Shown here: in pieces, positions 9,196-17,572 of the stretch
Layout: each line of letters opens with the position of its first letter
How positions within the stretch are numbered: the stretch's first letter is position 1
Notes under the pieces: model-generated
The model's input: only the letters and a program-made list of their open reading frames with translations
What the model was told of the DNA's origin: nothing
The model's database searches: none
Origin: a virus
Taxonomy: Duplodnaviria; Heunggongvirae; Uroviricota; Caudoviricetes
Virus record (IMG/VR): IMGVR_UViG_2534681675_000014
Direction: 5' to 3' (one strand)
DNA length: 51,064 nt
Program-made: the position numbers and the translations under genes

Positions 9196-10278
9196 ATGGC
9201 TAACGCCTGGCTCAGATTATGGCATGACATGCCAAATGACCCTAAGTGGCGAACAATTGCCAGGGTGTCAGGGCAGCCAATTGCAACAGTGATGGCAGTG
9301 TATATCCACCTCCTGGTGAGCGCGTCACGAAATGTCACGCGAGGTCACATTGATATCACGACAGAAGATTTGGCAAGTGCGCTCGACGTGACAGAAGAGG
9401 TAATTGATTCAATTTTGCAGACGATGCAGGGGCGGGTACTTGATGGTGATTTAATCACTGGATGGGAAAAACGCCAGGTGCTTAAAGAGGACAACGGCAA
9501 TATTTCGCAAACCGCAAAATCTCCTGCAGAGCGCAAGAGGGCGCAGCGAGAGAGGGAAAGAAAGCGGGAACAAAATGGCGATTGTCACGGCGCGTCACGA
9601 AATGTCACGCACATGTCACGACGAGTCACGACAGATAAAGATACAGATAAAGATACAGATAAAGATACAGATCAAGAAGATCAAAATACTATGGTCCATG
9701 GCGTAAAAAACGCCACGAACCAGGCAGGGGATGTTCAGACCGTCAATCCTGGTCAGCCAGCAGGCACGACACCGGAAGCCGATTCAGCGTATGCGCTGAA
9801 AGCCGATTCGGGCGCTGTGCAGCAGGTGATGACCGCAAGGCCGGAGCAATCACACCAACTGCAGCAGCCTGAAGCCGATTCCGCCATTCAGCGGGAAGCC
9901 GATCGGGTAGTCCCGGAAAACACCGGGCAGTCTGTGGGACGAGTGGATTATCCGGATGTGTTCGAACAGGTCTGGCGGGAGTACCCGTTGCGTGCCGGGG
10001 CAAACCCGAAGAAATCCGCTTTCAGTGCCTGGAAGGCCAGATTACGTGAGGGGGTGCCACCAGAGGCCATGCTGGATGGCGTTAGGCGTTACGCAAGATA
10101 CCTGGCGGCTACCGGGAAAACGGGAACGGAATTTGTTCAGCGAGCGACGACGTTTTTTGGACCGGACCGGAATTTTGAGAACCCCTGGTTGCTCCCGGTA
10201 AGCGGCACGAACAACCAGCGTTGTGTGAATCATATTTCTGAACCGGATACCGAAATTCCGCCTGGCTTCAGGGGGTAA
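9196..10278 (+). CDS. Putative replication initiator (O-like), iteron-containing
   Basis: 360 aa from ATG 9196; position after the immunity switch; internal GTCACG iterons and DKDT-repeat linker; acidic/basic linker then C-terminal domain. Confidence 0.55.
   Translation: MANAWLRLWHDMPNDPKWRTIARVSGQPIATVMAVYIHLLVSASRNVTRGHIDITTEDLASALDVTEEVIDSILQTMQGRVLDGDLITGWEKRQVLKEDNGNISQTAKSPAERKRAQRERERKREQNGDCHGASRNVTHMSRRVTTDKDTDKDTDKDTDQEDQNTMVHGVKNATNQAGDVQTVNPGQPAGTTPEADSAYALKADSGAVQQVMTARPEQSHQLQQPEADSAIQREADRVVPENTGQSVGRVDYPDVFEQVWREYPLRAGANPKKSAFSAWKARLREGVPPEAMLDGVRRYARYLAATGKTGTEFVQRATTFFGPDRNFENPWLLPVSGTNNQRCVNHISEPDTEIPPGFRG
9321..9364. repeat. Iteron-like cluster 1 (GTCACG-type hexamers at about 10-bp phasing)
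   Basis: Hexamers at 9324, 9334, 9344, 9355; 20-mer cgcgtcacgaaatgtcacgc (9321..9340) repeated exactly at 9591..9610. Confidence 0.5.
9583..9670. repeat. Iteron-like cluster 2 plus three 12-bp tandem repeats (candidate origin core)
   Basis: GTCACG at 9584, 9594, 9604, 9615, 9625, then ataaagatacag x3 (9635..9670); inside the replication gene. Confidence 0.5.
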
Positions 10279-10318
10279 GTGCTGATTTCAGGTCATGAGG
10301 TAATTTTCAGGAGGACTT

Positions 10319-10723
10319 GTGGCAAAAGTTTTTACACAAGAAGAGCGAGAAAAAATTAAAGGGCAGGTTGTTGAACTCGTACGCCAGAGTGGGCGCGAGA
10401 CGTTACGACAACTGGAAGCTAAAACCGGGGCAACAAGATATCTGATGAGCGTTCTGGCCAGAGAGCTGGTTGCCAGTGGCGATGTATACAACTCTGGCTA
10501 CGGGTTATTCCCGTCAGAACAGGCTCGTAAGGACTGGCAAAATGCCCGCAAAAAACTCTCGAGGGCAAAGGTGAAGAAACCATCTGTGGTTGATCCGGAC
10601 CTTATCTGGTCATTACCTGACGGAGAAATACGTCGCTACGACAGGCGTCAGAACATGATTTGCCGTGAGTGCCGGGAAAGCAAAGGTATGCAGCGTATAC
10701 TAACGTTCTATTGGGGAATATAG
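10319..10723 (+). CDS. Hypothetical protein (134 aa)
   Basis: GTG start 4 nt after CAGGAGG Shine-Dalgarno; follows replication gene on same strand. Confidence 0.45.
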   Translation: MAKVFTQEEREKIKGQVVELVRQSGRETLRQLEAKTGATRYLMSVLARELVASGDVYNSGYGLFPSEQARKDWQNARKKLSRAKVKKPSVVDPDLIWSLPDGEIRRYDRRQNMICRECRESKGMQRILTFYWGI

Positions 10724-10738
10724 CCACTAAATAAGGTA

Positions 10739-11050
10739 ATGAACCAAATGAACACGGAAAAAGCGAAAACGCAGCTCAGGATAATGCTTGCCGGTCCGGC
10801 TGCGAGTTATGCGACACATTCACCAGCCATAAAAAAGGTTCTTGATGAACTGGAAGCCAAAGACAAGCGCATTGCAGAACTGGAGGCAAGGGAAGTCCAG
10901 CTACCGGCTGGCTATGAACTTCGATATGGACACCCGATAAATGCTGATGAGCGCCATGTCATGATACCTAAGGAAAATGGCAGCTGGATTTATCTGGCTG
11001 ATTTAGAGCGCGCACTACGTGTTGCTGGCATTCGCATCAAAGGAGAGTGA
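10739..11050 (+). CDS. Hypothetical protein (103 aa)
   Basis: ATG start; tightly packed in the replication/nin block. Confidence 0.45.
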   Translation: MNQMNTEKAKTQLRIMLAGPAASYATHSPAIKKVLDELEAKDKRIAELEAREVQLPAGYELRYGHPINADERHVMIPKENGSWIYLADLERALRVAGIRIKGE

Positions 11051-11051
11051 C

Positions 11052-11408
11052 GTGGAAATAAAACCAGAAGATGAGTTAAGTAATATTGTTTTATTTCCGG
11101 TAAAAGAAGATGATCCACGTAATCAGGTTAATTTTCTTTATGAGCCATCGGAAAGACCATATTGCCATCACGCTTCTGTCCGGGTTGATGAAAAAGAGCG
11201 TCAGGTCCGCTGTAAAATCTGCGGTGCAGTTGTGGAGCCGTTTGACTGGATGCTCTCTGTGGCGAAAAGAGAAAACAGACTGGCAGATAATGTAAGGCTA
11301 TTGCGTCAGGAGGAACGGGAAAGGCGGAAAAATATAGAAAAGCTAATTCAGATTGAGCGTAACGCAAAAGCGCGGATACGCAGAGCGACAAAATCCAGAA
11401 CTGAATAA
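11052..11408 (+). CDS. Hypothetical Cys/His-containing protein (118 aa)
   Basis: GTG 11052 with GGAG 6 nt upstream, 1 nt after previous stop; CHH...CKIC motif suggests a zinc ribbon; ORF track gives a longer 11019 start. Confidence 0.45.
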   Translation: MEIKPEDELSNIVLFPVKEDDPRNQVNFLYEPSERPYCHHASVRVDEKERQVRCKICGAVVEPFDWMLSVAKRENRLADNVRLLRQEERERRKNIEKLIQIERNAKARIRRATKSRTE

Positions 11409-11505
11409 TTAAATTTAGCACTGTTAAAAATTTAATCCTTAACCGGAGGGATTTCTGCACCCTCAGAACATCAGGAGGCCGCCTGAAAGGGCGGTGGAGA
11501 TAATA

Positions 11506-12027
11506 ATGGGAATAACTAAAGAACGATTGTTGGAAATAGCAAACCTTAGTGATTGGGCATTAAGTGATGAGAGAATTATTTCTCCTCATGCTTATGAGTC
11601 AGTTACAAGTATAGAAATAACAACAATGGCTAGAATGCTGCTTGGTTATTTCAAAATAGAAAATAAAAAACAGATGGATAGTAATGTTGATATATGTGAG
11701 ATTTTAGACGATTGGGGGGCTTGGGTTGTGGCTGGTAATAGTTCTATTGATTGGCAGGAAATAGCTGATAAATATAAAAATGTTGTTCCTCATGGTAAAA
11801 AATCACGTCGTCAGTGCAGCAATGATGAAGGGCGAGTTATTGACATTAGTATCCTTAGGTTAGAAAGATATAAGCAACAAGAATATGAGTTAATTGTTGC
11901 TCATTTTGTGATTGGTTTATCTCTTCGTGCTATTGCAAAGCAACAAGGATGTTCAGATGGAACAATTCGTAAAAGATTGCAAAAAGCCTTAGGTTTTTTG
12001 ACTGGATATATAGCAATTACCAGTTAA
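11506..12027 (+). CDS. Q-family antiterminator-like protein (QuuD/933W-Q-like), paralog 1
   Basis: 173 aa from ATG 11506 (GGTGGAG SD); motifs DDWGAWVV, KSRRQCSNDEG, LIVAHFVIGLSLRAIAKQQGCSDGTIRKRLQKA align with recalled DLP12 QuuD sequence. Confidence 0.6.
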   Translation: MGITKERLLEIANLSDWALSDERIISPHAYESVTSIEITTMARMLLGYFKIENKKQMDSNVDICEILDDWGAWVVAGNSSIDWQEIADKYKNVVPHGKKSRRQCSNDEGRVIDISILRLERYKQQEYELIVAHFVIGLSLRAIAKQQGCSDGTIRKRLQKALGFLTGYIAITS

Positions 12028-12665
12028 GAGTCAGCGGGTTTTTTACCAGTGTAATGGTATAAGGATACTCCCATGTGTCTTACATGATATGGAAGCGCTG
12101 TTGCTGGATGCTTTGTGATACTCTTAAAGCGGAGGGGAGAGCCTTCCGCTTCAATTTCTGCGTCCGAAACGGTCGTAGAGAAAAATTCTTTCCATTCATT
12201 GAATTTTACTGCTGATTTGTCAGACTTTATATAAATTAGAATTCCTCCATGATCGTCACGTGACGTACCCGTGCCGTAACGTTCGGTTAGCTGAATCCAG
12301 CCATTATGAATAGATTTGGGGCCTCTCCATAATTTTGCTTCACCGATCCATTCGAATTTTCCGAATTGATGTTTAACTAATAAATCAACGTGACCGCCAT
12401 GTTGAGTATCATGTTCAACATCATAAAACCTACCTTTCAGGAAATTTTTGATCGACGCTGTTAGCTCGTCCTCTCCCCACTTAGCATCTTGATAGAAGTG
12501 TTTGTCATTTTCTAAATTCTGAATAGCGTCGTCTAAATCTTCATAGAGTTGCTTTACAAAAATATTTTTGTCTGCAGCTAATTTTCTTTGAACCATTCCC
12601 CTAAATTCAGGATCCATTCTAATTAATGATTGAAGGTCTGCAGTACAGATGTTTACATCACTCAT
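12024..12665 (-). CDS. Hypothetical protein with PD-(D/E)xK-like nuclease motif (213 aa), operon gene 3
   Basis: ATG 12665 with GGAGAG SD; motif GHVDLLV...FEWIGEAK; stop overlaps the Q-paralog-1 stop; AT-rich. Confidence 0.55.
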   Translation of the reverse strand: MSDVNICTADLQSLIRMDPEFRGMVQRKLAADKNIFVKQLYEDLDDAIQNLENDKHFYQDAKWGEDELTASIKNFLKGRFYDVEHDTQHGGHVDLLVKHQFGKFEWIGEAKLWRGPKSIHNGWIQLTERYGTGTSRDDHGGILIYIKSDKSAVKFNEWKEFFSTTVSDAEIEAEGSPLRFKSITKHPATALPYHVRHMGVSLYHYTGKKPADS

Positions 12666-13086
12666 GCAGACTCTCCAAAAGACTCGAAGGAGTAAAGTAT
12701 GGATAAAGATACTGGCTAAAATTATCAACCAATTCGCCAGTTTCTGGATGGTAAAAACTTCCTGTGTCTAAAGCATAGGAAATAAGATCATCTTCAACTG
12801 GTATTGGTTCTTCCGTTAAATTATCAATGTATTGAAAATGCATATCCAATAGATGTGCTTTATAGCTAGATAAATAATCAGTTGCTTTTATTAGCAGGAT
12901 ATAGTCATCTTTCGTATCAGTTAGATAGGTCAAACCATTGATAAGGGTTTTGTATGTAAAGTGATTGATATTTTTAGCATCTTTACTAACCAGAAAAAGA
13001 AAAAGATCACGACACACACTGCGAACAGGATCATTAAAATCCTGCTCTATTTGCGTGATAATGTCGTGATATATACTCTTTTTCAT
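12658..13086 (-). CDS. Hypothetical acidic protein (142 aa), operon gene 2
   Basis: ATG overlaps upstream gene stop (ATGA at 13083..13086); stop 2 nt before gene 3 start; AT-rich. Confidence 0.5.
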   Translation of the reverse strand: MKKSIYHDIITQIEQDFNDPVRSVCRDLFLFLVSKDAKNINHFTYKTLINGLTYLTDTKDDYILLIKATDYLSSYKAHLLDMHFQYIDNLTEEPIPVEDDLISYALDTGSFYHPETGELVDNFSQYLYPYFTPSSLLESLHE

Positions 13087-14174
13087 TTATGGCCTGATGA
13101 TCTCGCTCTTCTTTTCTCTTCACAGGACTTAACAGAATCCAATATTTTTTCAACAATAAATATAATCGAATCAATGTTGTTACAGTTCTTCGCAATTGCC
13201 TCATGCAACCTAATTCTAGGATTATCAAGCATTGTCCTTTTCCCTGGTAATATTAACTCTACTGATAAAATATGTGAAGAACTTTGTGGTAAATCCCAAA
13301 TTTTTCCCAACTTAAACTTTGTCAATATTGGGCTTGCGGACTCTCCACTATGATGGTAAACATCTTGACGCAAACACTTTTGACTTGGTTTGAGTTTTAA
13401 AGAACTTGTATTGCCATCTGAGGTGATAAAAGATACATGAGAAATTCTGCCATCTACTTTCTCGTAAAGATCTTGTATTGAACCAAATAATTCAAGAGGA
13501 TTGTTTAAAATAACGCCAGCTTCTTTTTTTATAAAATTAGCCACAAGGTATTGTTGAGGCTGTGATTCACTTCTTGGAAGGATAGATAAATCAATCGTAA
13601 GAATTAATATTTTTTCTGCAGGCATTAGCATGATGGTATTAAAGCATTGCGTGACTTGGCGTGTTTTGCATTTTATTTCTCCACCATTAGCACGTAATTC
13701 CATACCCGCATCGCTAAGATGTGTTGGGTCAAGCTCTATCACTTCAGTGTAATACGCTTTGGATAAAAAAACAGCAGTGTCAATTTGTTTATCACGAATG
13801 ATATCTTGACGTAGTTCAGCAAAATGCAGCTCAGTATCAGCAACTAACAGCTCCTCTCTGGATAAAGGAGTTGGGTATTTTTCTGAGAAGGGGCTATTGT
13901 CCTTTTTCTGATTTGTGAAAATTGTTTGTAATTTTGCTACGTCTTCATCGGTGATTCTATAAATAGAAAGTAATCGATTCCCGCTAAAAATTAAACCTTT
14001 CCAGAAATCGTCGATTCTGTCTTTTAGGTCGGGATTATGCTGAACTACACTATTTACACGTTCAATAAAAAGGGGTAATCCTTGGGCCGTTACACCCAGT
14101 GATGAACCAAGAAGCTTACGGGTGTTGCGCCAGCCAAAGCGTGAATTGATGTTTTTTACTGTTTGCTCAAGCAT
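13083..14174 (-). CDS. Hypothetical protein (363 aa), operon gene 1
   Basis: ATG 14174 preceded by AAGGAAG SD (ORF track alternative GTG at 14180); AT-rich; no family recognised. Confidence 0.55.
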   Translation of the reverse strand: MLEQTVKNINSRFGWRNTRKLLGSSLGVTAQGLPLFIERVNSVVQHNPDLKDRIDDFWKGLIFSGNRLLSIYRITDEDVAKLQTIFTNQKKDNSPFSEKYPTPLSREELLVADTELHFAELRQDIIRDKQIDTAVFLSKAYYTEVIELDPTHLSDAGMELRANGGEIKCKTRQVTQCFNTIMLMPAEKILILTIDLSILPRSESQPQQYLVANFIKKEAGVILNNPLELFGSIQDLYEKVDGRISHVSFITSDGNTSSLKLKPSQKCLRQDVYHHSGESASPILTKFKLGKIWDLPQSSSHILSVELILPGKRTMLDNPRIRLHEAIAKNCNNIDSIIFIVEKILDSVKSCEEKRRARSSGHK

Positions 14175-14462
14175 TAACACTTCCTTAATTTTCCCTTAAC
14201 AATTTAGGGTGCTAAACTTTTTTGCGCAGTTTACACAAAAAAATAGTGCGTACGCAAAAACTATCTAACATGATGAGCTTTAACCGGGAAACTTGTATAT
14301 GTTGTGAGCATAAAGTTGGCTGAGAAATCTAAAACGGGTAGAATGACTGCGGGTGCTTGAGGCTATCTGCCTCGGGCATGAACACCAAAGGCAGATAGAG
14401 AAAAGCCCCAGTTAACATTACGCGTCCTGCAAGACGCTTAACATTAATCTGAGGCCAATTTC

Positions 14463-14675
14463 ATGCTTTGCACAAGTAGGTTAGCCTCTTACGTGCCGAA
14501 AGGCAAGGAGAAGCAGGCTATGAAGCAGCAAAAGGCGATGTTAATCGCCATGATCGTCATCTGTTTAACCGTCATAGTGACGGCACTGGTAACGAGGAAA
14601 GACCTCTGCGAGGTGCGAATCCGAACCGGCCAGACGGAGGTCGCTGTCTTCGTAGACTACGAATCTAGAGAGTAA
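14463..14675 (+). CDS. Mok-like in-frame leader reading frame of the hok locus (70 aa)
   Basis: In-frame N-terminal extension of the Hok-like toxin, as in mok/hok loci. Confidence 0.5.
   Translation: MLCTSRLASYVPKGKEKQAMKQQKAMLIAMIVICLTVIVTALVTRKDLCEVRIRTGQTEVAVFVDYESRE
14520..14675 (+). CDS. hok: Hok/Gef-family type I toxin (51 aa)
   Basis: MKQQKAMLIAMIVICLTVIVTALVTRKDLCEVRIRTGQTEVAVF recalled as Hok family; AAGGAG SD; stable hairpin downstream (14681..14707). Confidence 0.8.
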   Translation: MKQQKAMLIAMIVICLTVIVTALVTRKDLCEVRIRTGQTEVAVFVDYESRE

Positions 14676-15144
14676 GAGTGACCAGGCGGGAGAGTAATCT
14701 CCCCGCCACCTCTGATGTGTCAGGCATCCTCAACGCACCCGCACTTAACCAGCTTTGGCGGGTATATTTTATCTGTGAATATTTTTATAAAAATAATGCC
14801 CACGCACAGCATAAAACAAAAAGTATTACAGATAAAAAAGGAACGTAATGTGCAGATTTGTTGTTTTCCATATTTACTCACCTTAATATGATTAACCCTG
14901 ATAGGGTTGTTATTTCAGCGGTTTTCAAATGAGATATTATGGTGATCTGACAAATTTGCATAACATTAAAATTTAATTTGTTTAACCGCTTTTAATAATA
15001 AGCGTTGTTTGTATCCCAGCAATCTGTTGTTTGGTTTTTATTCCATTAAGGTGGGGGCTTTACACTGGAGCCAGTTTATTTATACTTCATACGTCAGCCT
15101 GAACAACTGGCATCTGCTGCGCTGCGCCATCGAGAGATTGAGAA

Positions 15145-15744
15145 ATGGCGCATATACAACTGGTCAAACAAACCTCTTCCGGATTACTTCTCCCGGCGAC
15201 GCCGGAGAGTTGTGATTTTCTGCATCAAATCAAAATAGGCGAGTGGATACACGCAGACTTTAAGCGTGTGCGTAACTACGCATTCCACAAGCGTTTTTTC
15301 AAACTCCTGCAACTGGGATTCGATTACTGGACTCCGGTCGGTGGGGCGATCACGCCTCGCGAACGAAAACTGCTGTCTGGTTTCGTTGATTACCTGTGCG
15401 AATCAGTTGGTCGGGAACACACGCCAGCCCTGAGTGATGCCGCAGAGCAATATCTGAATACAGTTGCGACACGCAGAACCCGGGATACGGCATTGTTAAA
15501 GTCGTTTGAGGCTTTTCGCGAGTGGGTAACCATTCAGGCTGGATTTTACACCGAACATTTTTATCCGGACGGTAGCCATGGGCGTCGGGCGAAATCCATC
15601 GCTTTTGCGAATATGGACGAAACCGAGTTTCAGCAGGTTTATAAATCTGTTCTGAATGTGCTGTGGAACTGGATTCTGTTCCGTAAATTTTCCTCTCCGG
15701 AACAAGTCGAAAATGTGGCCGCGCAGCTGCTGGAGTTTGCGTAA
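15145..15744 (+). CDS. Conserved lambdoid nin-region protein (YbcN/DUF1367-like, unverified)
   Basis: 199 aa; coupled (TAATG) to the ybcO-like gene downstream; position upstream of Q. Confidence 0.45.
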   Translation: MAHIQLVKQTSSGLLLPATPESCDFLHQIKIGEWIHADFKRVRNYAFHKRFFKLLQLGFDYWTPVGGAITPRERKLLSGFVDYLCESVGREHTPALSDAAEQYLNTVATRRTRDTALLKSFEAFREWVTIQAGFYTEHFYPDGSHGRRAKSIAFANMDETEFQQVYKSVLNVLWNWILFRKFSSPEQVENVAAQLLEFA

Positions 15745-16034
15745 TGGTGGATTTACGTAAAGCGGCGCGGGGGCAGATGTGCACCGTCAGAATTCCTGGC
15801 TACTGCAATCACGATCCGGAAACGTCTGTGCTGGCGCATTACCGACTGGCGGGAACGTGCGGAATAACGACAAAACCACACGATATGCAGGCGGCGATTG
15901 CCTGTAGCTCATGCCACGATCTAATCGACGGGCGGGTAAAAACCAGCGATTACACCAAAGAAGAATTACGCCTGATGCATGCAGAAGGTGTTTTTCGCAC
16001 ACAAGAAATCTGGAGAAAGGAGGGATATTTGTGA
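15744..16034 (+). CDS. YbcO-like Cys/His-rich nin-region protein (putative nuclease)
   Basis: 96 aa; Cys/His pattern CTVRIPGYCNH...CSSCHD; length and position match DLP12 YbcO as recalled. Confidence 0.6.
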   Translation: MVDLRKAARGQMCTVRIPGYCNHDPETSVLAHYRLAGTCGITTKPHDMQAAIACSSCHDLIDGRVKTSDYTKEELRLMHAEGVFRTQEIWRKEGYL

Positions 16035-16573
16035 TTTACCCAACGAATACAGGAAAAAGCGGAGAACACCTTCGTCTCGCCACGCTGGAAAGTGTCTGGA
16101 TTCAGGGCAAACTGCGTATGTGGGGGCGCTGGTCGTATATTGGCGGTGGCAGGTCAGGAAATATGTTCAATCAGTTGTTGGCATCCCAAAAATTGACGAA
16201 AACAGCCATCAATGAAGCCCTGCGCAGAATGAAAAAAGCGGGAATAGAGAAAGCTGAGCTGGAAGCGTTTTTGAGAGAGATGATCAACGGCAAGCAAAAG
16301 AGCTGGCTGGCGCATTGTACTGATGCAGAGGCGTTATGTATTGATCGAGTCATAAGTGAGGTGCTGGCAGAGCATCCAGGATTGATTTGCATTCTCCGGC
16401 AACGCTATGAAGGGCGGGGGATGACTAAGCGTAAAATGGCTGAATTGCTACATGATGCACACCCAGAGTGGTGTTTTAGCACATGCGAAAAACGGATTGC
16501 TAATTGGTTAGCTGTTGCTGAGTATGTCCTATATATTCCCATGCGTGAATCATTTGCTGAGAAAATGGCTTGA
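16031..16573 (+). CDS. Q-family late-gene antiterminator, paralog 2 (likely the functional late activator)
   Basis: GTG 16031 overlapping upstream stop (GTGA), AGGAGGG SD; WGRW motif and Q-like C-terminus; followed by a strong terminator about 85 bp downstream. Confidence 0.55.
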   Translation: MIYPTNTGKSGEHLRLATLESVWIQGKLRMWGRWSYIGGGRSGNMFNQLLASQKLTKTAINEALRRMKKAGIEKAELEAFLREMINGKQKSWLAHCTDAEALCIDRVISEVLAEHPGLICILRQRYEGRGMTKRKMAELLHDAHPEWCFSTCEKRIANWLAVAEYVLYIPMRESFAEKMA

Positions 16574-16656
16574 TTTCTTACGTATAAACTGCTTCAATTT
16601 CGCTATGCTTCGCAAAGCTGTATCGCGAGGCGAACAATCCCACGGATACAAAAAAA

Positions 16657-16677
16657 CCACCTAAAGGTGGTTTTTTT
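16657..16677 (+). terminator. Rho-independent terminator (tR-prime-like) downstream of Q paralog 2
   Basis: ccacc-taaa-ggtgg stem-loop followed by T7. Confidence 0.6.
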
Positions 16678-16952
16678 GTATCTGTAAGAAATGAGATATT
16701 AGTGTTGATATATTGTTGTTGTTTTGATGCATATTTCTATGCCTAAATAATGTGATGTAGATCACTTATATTATTAATGCTGTATTTTAATCTATTAAGG
16801 ATCTTGAGGTGTTCCCCAGGGCGGGGGTGGCAAGGTATAACTGTTTAGCGGGAGGGAAGCCACAGTGTATTAGTCAGGAGCTGATATACTTCGGGAGGCA
16901 CCCGACGCCTCAGATCATAATAATAATGACCTCTTTAGCTAACCATCTTTTT

Positions 16953-16976
16953 ACCGCCTTGACGGGCGGTTTTTTG
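16953..16976 (+). terminator. Rho-independent terminator
   Basis: accgcc-ttgacg-ggcggt hairpin followed by TTTTT. Confidence 0.5.
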
Positions 16977-17098
16977 TTTATATAGAAAGTATTTGGCAGG
17001 GATTTTAGGCTAAAAATCACCACGTAGTCTTAATTCAGGACTGAGGAGACGTTGATGTTGGTGAGATGATGCAGCACGGCTTCTGGCATAATTTCAGG

Positions 17099-17126
17099 CA
17101 AAAAAAACGGCCCGTGAAAGAGCCGT
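17099..17126 (-). terminator. Minus-strand terminator-like hairpin 1
   Basis: acggc/gccgt stem; A-run on plus strand equals T-run after the hairpin on minus strand. Confidence 0.4.
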
Positions 17127-17256
17127 AAAATCTAATGCATTTCAAAATTCGCCTCCAGAAAAACTCTTATATCTTTAGGTGTCATGATTTGTTTTTCCTT
17201 GACCTTAGTCAATATTACTATGTCATTATTAATGGTTGATTGTTTTTCATCCAGAT

Positions 17257-17278
17257 AAAAAAGCCCTCTTGCGAGGGC
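17257..17278 (-). terminator. Minus-strand terminator-like hairpin 2
   Basis: gccctc-ttgc-gagggc with A6 on plus strand (T6 on minus). Confidence 0.45.
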
Positions 17279-17405
17279 ACTAGTATGAAAATATGTGAAG
17301 CAATATTTATTAGCGTTTATGTAGTGGAGTTTTGGATTTTGTGATTTTTTTATAAGTTTTTTTGTGATGCAGATCTTTTTTTGACATTGTGTCGGTGATA
17401 GTCCG

Positions 17406-17432
17406 AAAAAAAGCGACCCGTTAAAGAGTCGC
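17406..17432 (-). terminator. Minus-strand terminator-like hairpin 3
   Basis: gcgac-ccgttaaaga-gtcgc with A7 on plus strand; loop resembles hairpin 1. Confidence 0.4.
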
Positions 17433-17545
17433 TTGTGAATAAAGGAAGTATATAAGTAACCGCGTACGTTATTAATTCTATTGCTCTATGCCTGTGACGG
17501 ATATTGATTTTGGTCAATTCATCTGTAATGAGTGGTTATTTACGA

Positions 17546-17572
17546 TAAAAAATAGCTCCCCGGAAGAGGAGC
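17546..17572 (-). terminator. Minus-strand terminator-like hairpin 4
   Basis: gctcc/ggagc stem with A-run on plus strand. Confidence 0.35.

Noticed and set aside
9635-9670. Three perfect 12-bp tandem repeats, considered as a possible CRISPR-like array
   Set aside because: No spacers, only three contiguous units, inside a coding region next to iterons; fits an origin or linker repeat, not CRISPR. No CRISPR array is evident anywhere in the window.
11128-11460. 110-aa minus-strand ORF overlapping the 118-aa plus-strand gene
   Set aside because: Antisense to a coupled plus-strand gene block; no start signals.
14760-14880. 30-aa hydrophobic minus-strand ORF downstream of hok
   Set aside because: No Shine-Dalgarno and very AT-rich context; possibly a decayed remnant, too weak to call.
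15350-16392. Minus-strand ORFs (144, 71, 73 aa) and an alternative plus-strand frame (15979..16215) within the nin/Q block
   Set aside because: Overlap the translationally coupled DUF1367-like, YbcO-like and Q genes; no independent support.
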